From contig JALRJD010000154.1 of NCBI GenBank assembly GCA_023255165.1, positions 1 to 38,846 of the forward strand: a stretch of 38,846 nucleotides of DNA, written 5' to 3'. Shown in pieces: positions 38,032 to 38,846 of the stretch. The translations under genes were made by a program, and so were the position numbers. Under the pieces are notes generated by a model. It did no database searches and was not told where the DNA came from. It worked only from the letters and a program-made list of their open reading frames with translations. Each line of letters begins with the position of its first letter. The first letter of the stretch is position 1. The DNA is from Porticoccaceae bacterium (GTDB lineage Bacteria; Pseudomonadota; Gammaproteobacteria; Pseudomonadales; Porticoccaceae).

Positions 38032-38835
38032 ATGGAAGATAAGTTTGCAGCCATTCAAACGTTGGTTGTTCAATACGGCATCAAAGTGCTTATGGCGCTG
38101 GTCATCTTTATCGTCGGTAAATGGGTGATCAAGCGACTCTCGGCGATGCTGGAAAAGCTGATGGAGAAGAACGCCATCGACCCGGCGATTCGACACTTTG
38201 TCGGCAGTCTCACTTACTACGGCCTGTTGATCTTTGTCTGCATCGCCGCGCTGGGTCAGCTCGGCGTTCAGACCGCCTCGTTTGTCGCCATAATTGGTGC
38301 TGCCGGCCTCGCTGTGGGTTTGGCCCTGCAGGGCTCGCTGTCCAATTTTGCCGCTGGCGTACTGTTGCTGATCTTTCGCCCGTTCAAAGTTGGTGACTTT
38401 GTCGAAGCTGCAGGCACCGCCGGCGTGATTCAAAGCATCCAGATCTTCACCACCGAGCTGCACACCGGCGACAATAAAAAAGTCATCGTTCCCAACGGCA
38501 GAATTATTGGCGACAACATTATCAATTACTCCGCCAACGACACCCGCCGCATCGACCTGGTTTTTGGTATTGGCTATCAGGACGATATCGATGCCGCGCG
38601 CCGCGTGCTGGAAGAAGTACTCGCCGCCGATGAGCGCATCCTCGACGACCCGAAACCGGTTATTGCCGTAGTTGCCCTAGCGGACAGCAGTGTCAACTTT
38701 GTCTGCCGGCCCTGGGTTAAAAGCAGTGACTACTGGCCAGTGCATTTCAGCGTCACCGAAGCGGTCAAAAAAGCCTTCGACGCCAATGGCATCTCCATCC
38801 CGTTCCCGCAGCGGGACGTGCATCTGCACCAGTAA
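38032..38835 (+). CDS. mscS: Small-conductance mechanosensitive channel
   Basis: GVQTASFVAIIGAAGLAVGLALQGSLSNFAAG, FRPFKVGD, VPNG, INYS, IPFPQRDVHL. Confidence 0.94.
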   Translation: MEDKFAAIQTLVVQYGIKVLMALVIFIVGKWVIKRLSAMLEKLMEKNAIDPAIRHFVGSLTYYGLLIFVCIAALGQLGVQTASFVAIIGAAGLAVGLALQGSLSNFAAGVLLLIFRPFKVGDFVEAAGTAGVIQSIQIFTTELHTGDNKKVIVPNGRIIGDNIINYSANDTRRIDLVFGIGYQDDIDAARRVLEEVLAADERILDDPKPVIAVVALADSSVNFVCRPWVKSSDYWPVHFSVTEAVKKAFDANGISIPFPQRDVHLHQ

Positions 38836-38846
38836 TATTTGCTGGT

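Overview
Gene-dense chromosomal segment of a gammaproteobacterium. Gene order resembles Pseudomonadales/Cellvibrionales (inferred from gene order only). Left to right: an RHH-antitoxin/RelE-ParE toxin pair; a HAD-IB phosphatase; rppH-ptsP; an NRDE/TANGO2 gene; lgt-thyA-folA; a six-gene Vibrio TonB2-type energizer operon (DUF3450, TtpC-like, exbB, exbD, tonB, TPR); ilvD, argA, argE; a ~450-nt intergenic region holding a highly structured GGA-rich element; an orphan GspE/PulE ATPase followed by glnE and ilvE; an atypical envelope/LPS-core cassette (two glycosyltransferases, an LTA-synthase-family transferase, a PAPS-dependent sulfotransferase, waaA); tolC; nudF-DUF1249-cpdA-yqiA-parE-parC; and mscS. 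I saw no rRNA, tRNA, CRISPR array, transposase or integrase. The two best leads are (i) the multi-hairpin GGA-loop element at 17479-17634, which looks like a CsrA/RsmA-binding RNA module and appears to contain a nested insertion with a 2-bp CG duplication, and (ii) the sulfotransferase-waaA/LtaS-like cassette, found where relatives carry heptose-core genes. All calls come from reading motifs by eye; no database searches or folding programs were run.
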